Below are positions 1 through 12,264 of a stretch of DNA of 64,000 nucleotides, one piece after another. This DNA comes from Callorhinchus milii (lineage: Eukaryota), in the NCBI RefSeq assembly GCF_018977255.1, contig NW_024704742.1, forward strand, positions 97,962,001 through 98,026,000, written 5' to 3'. The notes beneath the pieces were generated by a model. That model was given only the letters and a program-made list of their open reading frames with translations. It was not told the origin of the DNA and did not search any database. Position numbers and translations under genes: made by a program. Within the stretch, counting starts at the first letter, position 1, and every line of letters starts with the position of its first letter.

Positions 1-589
1 CAGAGTTCCTTATTAAAAAAATCCCATTCGAATTTGATGCATTTTAGACCCAAACAAGCTCGCAAACCACACTTATTTTTGAAGCAGCCATGATCTAATA
101 GAATGGCAGAACAGGCTCGAGGGACTGAATGGCCTATTCCTGTTCCTATGTTCCTAAATATCTCTGATAGAACCTTTGCTGGCCTGAATTGCTTTCTCAC
201 ACTCAAAGATGTATTATGCTTCTTTATCACCATGTAGGTTTTATCAGCCTAATTATTCTATCTAAATTATAAAAGGGTACATATTGTGGCCCCTCACAGG
301 TAAATTTAGCGACTGTGCATTTGCGAGAGCAGAGGATCAATGTGGCATATGAGAGAAGAAAATCTGCAATCCACAAAGTTGTTGTTGCAAGAGAAGAGAT
401 AATCTTATTGACAGCTGCTTCTGCAGCAGCTCTTCAAAGAACTTTTAAAACCAGAATTTTTCAGCACAGATGAAAACCATTTGGCCTTTTATGTCTGTGC
501 TAGCTCTTTGAATAAGCTATTTGTTTAGTCCCTCTCCCCTGCCGTTTCCCAATACCTGTTTGTATTTTAGGCAGAATAACACTGTGGAC

Positions 590-785
590 CAGGGTGGTCC
601 AACCTTTTTGCTGTTGAGGATGCCCTCATTGAAAAACGTATCATAAGTGATATTTTTGTGTTTCCTCTCCAGAAGCATAACATAACAGTATATATGGGTT
701 CCGGAGGGAGCGGGTGGGCCAGGTGAAATGGAGTGTGGGGGTGGTGGATGAAATTGGCCCACGGACCACCAGTTGGACAACCCCG
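590..785. mobile_element. Non-autonomous hAT (Charlie-like) MITE
   Basis: TIRs CAGGGTGGTCCAAC / GTTGGACAACCCCG; 8-bp TSD CTGTGGAC (582-589) / CTGTAGAC (786-793). Confidence 0.8.
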
Positions 786-1892
786 CTGTAGACTGATAAG
801 AAAACGGAGTGTGAAAAGGCCTTTCAGCCCATTGAAGCCTGTTCCTTCCAGAGACTAAGGAAATCCTGTTTCATAAACCCTGCCCCAAAACACATTGCAC
901 CCCATTCATCATATGACTGAGGAGAAAGCACTTCGTAGACATTCTCTGAACTCAACTGTTAGGGACTCAACTGTTAGGGGCTTAATCACAGTTGAACCTG
1001 TTTTCACTTAATGTGTAGGGAGCGGGGGAGGAAGTGATCAGGATGCCTAGCTGAGATTTGCTCTCTTTAGTACATAGCCCATTAAGGTCATTTATATTGC
1101 TTTTGCTGACACCTAAACTGAGATCAACTAACTCTGACTGTAGATCAACCCTGGCAGAATACACAGCTCTGTAGGGAAAGGAGAGAGCCTGTCACATTTT
1201 AATGAGTTCTAGGCTGTCTTTTACAATTACCAGGTTTATACGTACTAAAAACATCAGCCTGTGATTAAAGCAAATAAAATATAATCAGACACATGTATGT
1301 GGACAGTTGAATCAGCTTGGCTACTTTAATCTCAATGAATGGAGGGTACTGTTTTACACTAATTTAATATTCTTCGGCAAAAGCAATAGATTTTCTAAAG
1401 ATAAAATTGCTGTATTACTTATAAAAGAGGAAAATGCTAAAAGGTTCTTAGAAGCCTTCTGGAGTGATTCAAAGAAATGGGTAGGTTCTTTCAACCAATC
1501 AGAGTACAATTGGGTTAAATATCACATCAGACTGCATTACAGAATGCACACAGAAAGCACTTTTGCTAAATTCAGGACGGTTCAAGTGGATGGAACTAAT
1601 GTGTTTTAATAACCCATAAGGAGTAAATAGAATAATATCCAGGCTGTCTGCTCGTCGGGGAAGGGTGAAAATGCAGAATCAATTGAAGTGTTTAAAAGGG
1701 AGATAGATTTGATTGAGATCCCACAGATGAAAAGGCAGCTTGTTACAATTTGACCCAGTCCTTTTTCACTTTTGGTTGTATTTCATTTCAGTAGTTGCTT
1801 TGGTTTATAAGATATAACATTTGGTTTCTTCTAAATACAGCAGTGATTTTCATTTTACTACATCATGATCTAAGGTAATACTCCAGTGCAGT

Positions 1893-2225
1893 ACAACAAC
1901 AACAACAAAATTACATTTATGGAGCGCCTTTCACGTCGGGAGGACGTCCCAAAGCACTGAACAATCAGGTGTCGAGGCCCGAGCACGGGGGAGGGTTGGT
2001 GTAGGGGTAAGGGAAGGCAGAGAGGTGGGAGGGAAACCAAAGGCACGGTCGAAGACAAGGGTCTTGAGACCGGCCTTGAAGAAGGCAAGGGAGGAAACAA
2101 GGTGAAGGGACTGTGGGACGGAGTTCCAGAGTGTGGGGGCCGAGAGGCTGAAAGCCCAGCCACCGATGGTAGGGCGGGTTGGGCAGGAGACATGGAGTAG
2201 GGCAGTTCAGGCGGGAGACATGGAG
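1893..2225 (-). mobile_element. L2 LINE 3' end fragment
   Basis: (CAA)n tail on + strand, AGCGCCTTTCACGTCGGGAGGACGTCCC stem region; similar to 43117-43453 and to the reverse complement of 44000-44230. Confidence 0.75.
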
Positions 2226-2916
2226 GAGTAATGAAGGAGTGTCGAATTGTTGGATGGATTGTAATGTCCTTCAGAAGAATTGTTAAGAACTCCAGCTCTG
2301 TCTGCAGGTTCTGATTCAGATAATTACAACAATCCTTGCAATGATCTAATCATACTGCTTCTATGAAAGTCAGGAGGTTCGTTTTTTTGGTGATGTGGCC
2401 ATCCAAAATTCACCAATACACATTACACCTCATCGCTGTGGCCATTCATCTCATCAAAGTGAAGCACTTTGAGATACTTCACTGTGATATATCACTTACA
2501 AATATTATTATTTATTATCATCTGTAATTTTGCTGTGTTGTAAGTTATCAGAATGACCTCAAACACATTTGTGTTCCTTTCCTTAAACTGAGAAAACAAC
2601 AGCATTTTAAGATGGTTAAATTGAATTGTCTGACATTTCCCATTGTGATGCTTATCACTTTTGTCATGGTTTCAANTTTTTTTAATCTTAAAAGGACATT
2701 TTCATGAAAAAGTTCTCATAAACCTGTTTTATTATATTAAGTATATGTAGCTCTTATATGTCTGTTATATGTCTCCTACTCTAAACAAAGCAAAAGATTT
2801 GCCATACACTTTTAATGATGAAAGTGCCTGTTTAATATGTTATCCTCCATCTCTACTCAGATCTGCATATAGTATTTTTGCATTTGCATGACAGTCAATA
2901 ATTGCATATGTTTTTT

Positions 2917-3358
2917 CTTGGTGCGAGTAAGTCTCTGTCAGCTGAAAACGGAACAAGATTGGAGGGAAACAGCTGAGAAGCACCAGGCTGGTCAGCCCAG
3001 TGCATAATAGAGTCCACTGGTTTGTTTGGTTAGAAAGGGAGAAGAACTGATTCACTAAATCTCACACTTTGAGCCTTCAAAGAGAATGGATTGTTCAATG
3101 ACTAAAAAACTAACAATACACCAACATCCTTCCTCCTTTCTTCCTTTTATGGATTACTTGGGCCAGAACAAAGAAAATTGGCTTTATTTGATGCTTGAAG
3201 GGTCTTAAAAGCACTTTTTATATGATAATTCTGGAAGAAATTTGTGTCTGAGCTGGATGAAAGGATAGGGTTTTTACTGGGCTGACCAGCCTGGAGCTCT
3301 TCAGCTGTTTCGCTCCAATCTTGCTCTGTTATCAGCTGACAGACTTGCTCACACCAAG
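2917..3358. repeat. Long inverted repeat, arms 2917-3001 and 3276-3358
   Basis: Hand alignment: 9 substitutions and one 2-nt indel over 83 aligned nt; 274-nt spacer. Confidence 0.9.
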
Positions 3359-3957
3359 TCGACACAGCTGATGTGCCTTTCTTCCCCTGACATGAGTCAC
3401 CCCGTTTCCATGGGAAATCTTGCCTAGCAACCAGGTTAAGCACTGTCACACTTGTGGCTGGTTTCCTGTGTCAAGCAATTGTGCGACATGAAACTATAGC
3501 CTCAGTGGCACACATTTAGTACTCCTCTAACCTTTGACGTCTTCTAAATCGCATTCTCACTCACTTACCATAACACTATTATGTGGCTGTAGATTGAGCT
3601 CTTGTTGGCTATTCATTAGAAAAATGTACATCTTCATTTTATATTTAGCGAATCCTCATTTTTTTTTACCCAACAGCAGGACTGGCCTTTTACTAAGCGA
3701 AACAAATGGTAGCCAGAAAGTGCAGTGCTCAGTGGAGTCAGTTTCTCAGTCATTGAGAAGAGTGTTCACTGTCCAGCATCCCGGCTGTTCTATTCTTAAC
3801 TGGCCATTGGGTCCTTAGAGACAAGCTGCAAGCAACATTACTTGGAGATCTATGAGCAGACTACCCTAGAGCAGGCTACTACAGCCTCCCAGCTCAGTTG
3901 CAGTGTGAGCCAGAAAGCAACTAAAAAAAATGTATAATAATAATAACAATAATAATC

Positions 3958-4165
3958 CCCCAATCACTCCGCCTCGCCCCCTCCTTAGCCTCCCTCAAGT
4001 CCCGCCTCAAGACGCTCCTCTTCGACCATGCCATCAGCCACCCCTCTTCCCTTCCCTTTCCCCCCCCCGACCCCAGCTCGGGTCTGAAATGCTGTACACT
4101 GTCCAGCACCTTGGGACGTCCTCCTGACGTGAAAGGCACTATACAAATGTAATCTTGTTGTTGTT
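3958..4165 (+). mobile_element. L2 LINE 3' end fragment
   Basis: CTCAAGACGCTCCTCTTCGACC...GACGTGAAAGGCACTATACAAAT then (TTG)n tail. Confidence 0.7.
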
Positions 4166-7100
4166 GAAGGATTGTGCCTGGTTAAAGTGCTCCAATCAGG
4201 CCATTTCAACTTGGAAGGGAATTAATTATCTTAGGAGAAAAAAAACAGAAGAAGGCACTCTTGAAAATTGTCATTTCCTAGTACTTAGCGAAGCTCAGAG
4301 AGAGAATGAGACCGGTCCAGGACACTGGATAACAAAATCAATTCTGTAATGTTTTGGAAAATTCCTGGATGAATTAATTTAGGAATATATGAATATATAG
4401 GATAGGGACAGACCACTGAGGTTCATCTAGATGGTTCCAAAATTTAAATGATGCCACAATATATTTGTGCAAACTTTCATGTGAACTGAGAAATACAGTA
4501 CCTGTGATCTCTGCGCCCTGGTTTGTACTATACAGGAAGAGCATCTCAACAGCACCAGCCCAATTGTGCCATCTTCTGGTGGTTAAATTCACATCATCGT
4601 GAAAACACAAATCCCTCTGGTTCTCTTTATTAAAGAATCATAGGCTGGAAAAAAATCTTCAGATAAATTAAGACAGTTGAAATTATAAGCAGGAGTTAAC
4701 CTGCTTCAGTTTAGTTTTAGGCCTTGGGCCCGTTCTTGCCTCCTTGGATCCCACCCCCCAGCCCGGGCACCCTCCAACAATATGAAGCGCTTTGAAATGT
4801 CCTCCTAATGTGAAAGGCACTGTATAATGTAAATTGTGTATACTTTTAGGTTCCCCACTGAATAACTATAGATCTGACAGGGTCTTCAGTCAAGAGAAAG
4901 TGTAATAGTTTTGCATCCTAACAAGTTAATATATGCATTACTTAGTAGATGCCATACAATAAGTACACATTACATTATCTTGCTTAGATTCAGTGACAGA
5001 TATTCTACATCATGAAACCAAATACATTACAGCCAATTTGTTGAGGATATTTTATATACTGCATATAGCATTTAAGATAGTATTATCTCGGCGTGCATGC
5101 TGTAGCTCATTTACGAAGATTTCACATATTTCCTTCGAGGTTTGTAACATCAATTCTTTCATTTCTTGGTTAATGGTGATTGTGGGCCTAGATTGCAGAA
5201 GTGCTTCATGGGAGCCAACATTATGAAAGTTGTTCAAGTACTCTGTGTCAATCGCCTTTACAGTTCATGGGGAAGGTATGAAATATCCAGGTTTTTAACC
5301 ATCACTTGCTGACAGTTGGTTAAAGTGTATCATAAAAAAATGTGATTTCCTCTCACCCCACCACATATTAACTTGTAATATGTTGTACAGTGCTGTCTAT
5401 CGCCAGTGAATCATGCTTTATGTATTTTGGAAGGTTAAAAAATATTTCATAACAAAGATAATTTGGTGTGAATATTTTCAGAAATATTAACAGTGTGTAG
5501 GCCTTTGTCTCAAGAGGTTGGTATAGAATACTTTGTCAGGCTCATGGTTCAGATTTACACCCACTCGGCTCTGGTAGAGATTGTCATTATTTGAGGTCAA
5601 CTACCTCCTTCCTGTTGAAAGAATTTTGGTGAGTGCATCAACATTTCTGAGGCAGACAACATTGTGAAAGCTGTTCACTTGCAAACTTGTGGCTAAGTCA
5701 ACACTAAATCAAAAAGGGAATTGGATAAATATTTCAACAAAATAATATTGAAAGACAGGGGAGAAAAGAGCATGGGAATAGGATTAGAGTCGATAGCTCC
5801 AGTGGAAAGATACAATACCTACATTTGCTGTAGGATTCTATATCAGCAAATTGTTACATGGGCCTGTCTTAATTACAGTGTTTAACATGGATATTTCCTT
5901 TTCTTCTTCCACCCTGTTGTATTAAGTGTCCTGCTGAATATTCAAGTTAAAACAATCTTGAACCACATATCGATTTTGAAAATGTCTGTAAAACTTGACT
6001 GGGCAAATCAGCTTTGTGGTTTGCTCAATGCAAAATTTAACAAGAACGTTAAGCTATACTGCCCACAAAGACAAGAGGTCATATCTGTCGACTAATAATC
6101 AAGGCATTGGACAAAATACAACGTAAGTATTTGATGGAAACTTCATTAATTGAATGATTTTCTAGAATTAAAAAGACAACTCACATTTACTCAGACCTAT
6201 CCCACTGCTAGTTGATTTATCGAATTATACTTAAATTGAACAATACAACATAAATGGGGGTAGAACGTTCTTTTTAATGCAGAAGGGGGTTAGAATATAT
6301 AAATACTTTACCATCAATGGCTGTTGAAACTGAGCATTTAAAGTGGAACTGGATAACAAAGCATTTAAAAAAGAACTGGATAAGCACTTGGGAAAAAAAT
6401 AACATTAACATGAATGGACAAAAAAGAAATAGATAGCTTCAGAGGGAGCACTTGTGGAATGGCCTCCTCTGTTATATACTTTTCATGATTCTATAATTTC
6501 TATAAAACTTGGTACCCTGTGAATCTTTTAAGTAGTTGAGAGGAGTTGAAGCAATTAAATCAGTACACACTTCATTCACCTGGCAGAAATCTTATGCTTA
6601 TTTTTATAGCTTTATTACTCCAAAGAGTACAAATGAATCCAGACAGTGATTGAGTGCATCATGACCTCTGAGTCCTCACAAATGCATGTGACACAATACA
6701 CTCTCAGCTGACATAAAATATGCCATGAATCTCACTTTCACTTTTACTCAAGATCAGGTGATAGATATCTAACTGGAACTGTTGAACTGGTTGACGCAAC
6801 ACTACTCCACCCCTTAATTCTCAATAAAAAGGCGGGTTAATTCTTTGCGTTTTAAACATAATTGTTGGTAATTTGACTTTCTATTAATGGTTGTTTACAT
6901 GAAGAAATAGGGGGCAATATTCCCCCATCCTTTCATTTGCTAGCCCGTAGGAAAGATAAAACATAACACAAGAAAATAAAAGGGGAGCCTGACCATTTAA
7001 AAACATTTTGATAGGTGAAACCATGGGTGTCAGCTCAGCTCAGTTGGGGTGCGAGCTTGGCTGAGTTGGTAACACTTTTACTACTGAAGCAGAAGGTTGT

Positions 7101-7385
7101 GGGTTCCAGCCCTACTTTAGGACTTTGAGCTCTTTGCTTTGGGACTCAAACTTGAATACTGGGGAGCTCTGCAATTTTGGAGGTATATGGGAGGTGTTGC
7201 CCAGGAGTGAGGTCTGGACAACAATTTTACAGATAAAATTGTTCATTCACTTCATGGGAAATTGGCTGCTAATATTCCCCTACTAACACACAGTCACTAC
7301 AATTTAAATCAATTCCCTCTGAACTATTTTGATGTTACAATGTTACATGAAATGGAAGGATCATTGCTACGTTTTTTCGGTCTGT

Positions 7386-8590
7386 CTCATATGGGTTAAT
7401 AAAGGACAGCCAACACAGATTTGTTAAAGGCAAATCATGTCTAACAAACCTGATAAGAGTTTTTTTGATGAAATAACGGAGAGGGTGGATGAAGGTAGTG
7501 CAGTTATTGTAGTTTATGCAGATGTTTAAAAGACATTTGATAACGTGCCACATAAGAGACTTGTAAGCAAAATGGAAGCTCACGGTATTAAAGGGACAGT
7601 GGCAGCATGGATACAGAACTGGCTGGGAAAGCAGAACGTTGTGGTGAACAGTTGTTAGAATTTCTGACTGGAGGGAAGTGTGCAGTAATGTCCCTCAGGG
7701 GTCGGTATTGGGACCACTACTCTTTTTGATCTATATAAATGATTTGGACATGGGGATAGGGAGTACAATTTCCAAGTTTGAAGATGATGCTAAGGAAAAG
7801 TAGTAAACAGTGAGGAGGATAGTAACAGACTGCAAATGGACATAGACAGACTGGTAAAATGGGCAGACACGTGGCAGATGAAGTTTAATGTGGATAATTG
7901 TGAAGTGCTGCATTTTGGGAGGAAGGATGAGGAGAGGCAATATAAGCTGATTTTACAATCTTAAAGGGGGTGAAGGAACAGAGAGACCGGGGGGTTCATA
8001 TAAGTAAATCTTTGAAGGTGGCACGACAGGTAGATAAAGCTGTTAAAAAAAAGTATACGGGATACTAGGCTTTATAAATAGGGGCATAGAATACAAAAGT
8101 CAGGAAGTTATGATGAACTTTTATAAACACTGTGTTCAGTTCTGGGCACCACACTTTAGGAAGGATATCAAGGCATTGGAGAGGTGTAAAGGAGATTTAC
8201 CAGGATGGTACCAGCAATGAGGGACTTCAGTTATCAGGAGAAGCTAGGATTATTCTCCTTGGAGCAGACAAGGTTAAGAGGAGACTTAATAGAAGTTTTC
8301 AAAATTATGAGATGATTCAATAGGGTGAACAAGGAGAAACTGTTTCCACTGGTGGGTGGGTCGGTAACCCAAGGACACCAATTTAAAATAGTTGTTAAAA
8401 AAAGAACGGAGGTGAGGAGATATTTTTTCATACAGCGAGTTGTTCGAATCTGGAATGCATTGCCTGAAAGGGTGGTGGAAGCCAATTAGATTACAGCTTT
8501 TAAGAGAGAAGTCGATAATTATTTGGAGAGGACAAGTTTGTAGGGCTATGGAGAGAGCAGAGGAGTGGGAGTGAATTGGATAGCTCTTTT
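7386..8590 (+). mobile_element. CR1 LINE, degenerate ORF2 reverse transcriptase C-terminal part and 3' region
   Basis: Broken frames with [40 protein letters not shown] and ISKFEDD motifs. Confidence 0.9.
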
Positions 8591-8595
8591 CAAGC

Positions 8596-8780
8596 TCCTT
8601 TTCTGGCTCACTCAAGACCTTCCTCTTGGACCGTGCCTTCAATCAACCTCCCATCCCCACCCCCTGTCCTCCACTCCTCTTGATTCCAACTTCAGCTCAG
8701 GTGCAAACCCTTGACTGTCCAGCGCCTTGGGACGTCCTCCCATTGTGAAAGGTGCTATATAAATGCAATTTGTTGTTGTT
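8596..8780 (+). mobile_element. L2 LINE 3' end fragment
   Basis: Same 3' motif and (TTG)n tail as the other L2 copies. Confidence 0.7.
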
Positions 8781-9659
8781 GGACATTTCAGGCTAGCTGG
8801 GTATTCCTGTTAAATGAAACATTCTGGCAAATGACTGCACATCTGTAGCAAATTGAGCTATACAGTGAATGGGAATCACCTATATAACACACATTTCTGT
8901 ATTATTTAAACCTTCAATCTGTTTTATGGATATGAAAGGGCCGTGACATTTCCCCCAGTCAGTTATACATCTCACAATTTAAAGCCATGACACTTTGATA
9001 TGGAGTGTGCGTGCAACTTATCCTGGGTGACATACTGCAGTCTATTAAAGGTTTTAGTGCACAACATCTGAATATTATATTGTGCTGGATTTAACATTGC
9101 ACTAAAATCAGAGAGTGCAAGCGAATTCTGAAATGTGAGACAAGCTTTATTGCATGTGTGGAAATGCCATTCTGTGTATCTCCCGGGCTTTGTGCTGACC
9201 AGTTCATCCTAACTGCCTCCCATTTATGAGTACTGTATTTATAGCAGGTGAACATCTGCTTCCTGCCAATTAAAATTCACTTCCTTTCTTGTGCATACAC
9301 AACTTGGTGTTGTGTAAGCATTCTCTGCCATGAAACTCAGAGAAAGCAAGGCAGGCCTCGGCCATTTCCTAACATGTAGGAAACCACTGTGGAGGGGGGT
9401 GGGGGAGGGTTTAGAGGAAAGAATCTGCACTTGAGAACATTGCTGCCTTTGAACATTTTTCATTTCAAATAAAACAATCTGCTTATGGAATGTGTTGATA
9501 GGAATGCTTTGGAAATCCTTTAGAAAGCAGTCAAAATATCAGCTACCAAAAAGTGTCCACAGATGTGTAAATGTCATTATAATCTAATTATAATTCTTCA
9601 TTTTTCAAATAGCATCACAATAGGTATTTGCTTTAGCTTTTTTGCAGCAAAACAACTCT

Positions 9660-9880
9660 GTGCTAGTTTATTTTAATTATTCATTTATCATTATATTAAT
9701 AATTTAAATTAATAAAAATATATTAAGGAATCATATCACTATTCATTTTAATATTAATATTATTTGCAATTAATAATCAATATTTAAACAATCATTCAAA
9801 TAATACCATTAATATATTAGTATTAATATAATAAATAATAATTGTTATAATATAATAATTATATAATGATCAATTTTATT
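9660..9880. repeat. AT-rich low-complexity tract
   Basis: Almost exclusively A/T. Confidence 0.8.
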
Positions 9881-9884
9881 TTGG

Positions 9885-10120
9885 GATTGATGGTCAGGGC
9901 ACCAGGAGAAATTCCTTTTTCTTTTCGAATAGTACCATGGGATTTTTAACGTCCACCTGAAGTAGGCCTGTTTCAAGGACTGCAGGTCCGACATAGTAAC
10001 ACACCCTTAGCACTGCATTGGAGTGTCAGCTTAGACTTTGCAAATTTAAGTAGTGACATGGGGCTTGAACCCACAACCCCTGAATCCAGATACAAGAGTG
10101 CTACCAATGGGCCAAGCTGA
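9885..10120 (-). mobile_element. Deu-domain SINE (SacSINE1-like)
   Basis: Reverse complement of the GGTGGACGTTAAAAATCCCATGGTACTATT core and a GTGGGTTCAAGCCCC B-box head. Confidence 0.7.
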
Positions 10121-11229
10121 TACATCACTTACCCAGTCGTGGCTGCCAAATGTGTCAGCCGATACAATGGGATTTTGCAGTGAATGATTGATTCAAAATG
10201 TGCAATTGAAAAGCTGAAGGTATCTAAATTGTCAAAATTCTGCCTGGTGGAGCAATACATTTCTCTGAAAATATCTGTTTGACTTCCTGACACTGGCATT
10301 TGGAGCTTGCATGGTTTTGCATGTTCTAAAGGAGCCTGCAAGCATTTGAGGTGCAAACACTTTGAAGGTTAGTGAAAATGTGAAAATCCAGTTTGACATT
10401 CTGCTTTGTTCAGACGTGTGACAACCATGGACTAAAATACAACCATTCTGGAAAAAATAAACTCCCAAATGGCTTGCGGTTTAGTCAAAAAATTGTTCAG
10501 AAACAAAAGTGGCGGTGGGGAGGGAAAAGTTTTTTTTTTAACTTAAGTTTCCTTCCTACACTAACTTCTCTCCCCCCTGCCCACACACACCCAGTTTAAT
10601 GTTTGAATCTAAAAAATGTCATATATCAATTGAGCTAGAAATGTATGTGTAGCACAAAATTTGTTCTTCTCGTCAGTGGATTTCTTGCTCATCCTCACTA
10701 TGGTGTGATTAATGATGGTTAATGTTGGAGTCAAATTACTTTTGGCCTCAGTCTCTTATAGAACCTCAAGGCCTTACACGGTTGTAGCAAGCAATTACAT
10801 TTGCAAACAAATCCCATGGACATCCATTACTCAACATGATATAATCCCATATTCATTAAATTCATCTTTTATTCTCCCCCCTCCCCCCACACACACACAT
10901 GCACAATCCTGGAGGGCAGCATCATGGGCATTGCAGCTGATGGAATAAGTTGCTTCACTGCTGTGCACACAGCTAGGTTTAATCTTGTGTATACAGCTTT
11001 CATGACGTGTATGTAACTGGTTTACTGTTGTATGCATACCTGGTTTAATACTATGTACTGACTGATCCTTGCATATTGGGTGAGGCAGAATATATTTGAG
11101 CTTACAAAAGTCAGTATGCAAAAGGAGCAATGTTCAGGGGTATGAGAAAAAGGCAGACAAATGGGACTGAATGGATTACTCAAAGAGCCAGCACTAGGTG
11201 GACACAATGGGTGGCCTGTTTAATGTAGA

Positions 11230-11715
11230 TAGTTAGACCAGTTAAAATACCATGTCCAGTATTTAGGAAAGATGTCAGGGCAATAGAGGATGTGCACATT
11301 TACTAGGATGATTCCCAGGGTGAGTGTTTTGGCCTGCGAGTGGAAACGGGAGAAACTGGGACTTTTTTTTTTACTGGAAGATGGTTGATGGGTGACCCTC
11401 AAATTATGAGTTTTCATAATTTCTTGAGTTTTGATTTAGAGTCAATAGGGAGAAATTATTTAAACTGGTCAGTGAGTCAGTAACTAGAGGGCATCAATTG
11501 AAGATATAGCTAGCAATTAATGGGGAGGTTAGAATAGTTAAGATACGGAATGCTGGGAGTGGTAGTTGAGACAAAATCCATATTGGACCTCAAGAGGGAA
11601 CTAGATGAATATCTTAAACAAAGTCAGCTACGGAGAAAGGGCAGGTAAGTGGATTGAGGGAGCTGGAAGATACGATGGGTCAAATGGCCTTCTTCTGTGC
11701 TGTAAATTTCTATGG
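11230..11715 (+). mobile_element. Old CR1 LINE 3' fragment
   Basis: Degenerate FRKD/FTRMIPG-coding region and ATGGGTCAAATGGCCTTCTTCTGTGCTGTAAATTTCTATG tail. Confidence 0.7.
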
Positions 11716-11899
11716 TCCTACAGAGTAAAGTTACAACTAAAATTAAAAAGGCAGAAATTAGGAGACAACAGGGCAAGCAGAAGTGTTTATACTAAAATAG
11801 GTTTGGTCAGTACTGCTCCAGTGATACAGAACTATGTTAACAAAACACAAGAGAGCCCCGTCTCCCCCCTCTCTATTAGTCCTTAAAAGCCTCTCTCCC

Positions 11900-12005
11900 C
11901 CCCCACCCCAACATGCCCCGGTTCTAACGAAGGGTCGTGGACCCAAAACGTTGACTCACTTTCCTTTCTCCATAGATGGTGCCTGACCTGCTGAGTGTTC
12001 CCAGA
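11900..12005 (+). mobile_element. Penelope-like-element terminal relic with decayed hammerhead-like motif
   Basis: CTAACGA-A-GGGTC-GTG-GACCC-AAAACG followed by GATGGTGCCTGACCTGCTGAG. Confidence 0.55.
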
Positions 12006-12224
12006 AATATTAACTATGTTAATGTGCTTTAACCCCAAACGCCCTGAAATTGTATCTTCCTCACAGTCTTAACCATATGGCAGGGCCTTGTACTGTGGAT
12101 TGTTACCACTGAAAATCAACTTTCAACTGGGTTATCAGATGAACCACATCATTTCTTGATGAATTTACTGACCTTTACGTGTGCCTTTTAGATACTTCAA
12201 ACTGTATTGATTATTTGTATTGTA

Positions 12225-12264
12225 TATGACAAGAAAACACACGTGATTTACAAAAAAGTTTATT
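12225..12264 (-). terminator. Candidate distal polyadenylation signal of OSTF1
   Basis: AATAAA on the minus strand at 12264-12259 followed about 17 nt later by GU-rich GTGTGTTTTCTTGTC. Confidence 0.6.

Noticed and set aside
948..980. 15-bp tandem duplication CTCAACTGTTAGGG(A/G)
   Set aside because: Ordinary local slippage duplication with no further structure.
1307..1609. 100-aa ORF
   Set aside because: Starts at TTG, AT-rich, no recognisable domain or supporting splice structure.
2676..2676. Single N base
   Set aside because: Assembly ambiguity, not biology.
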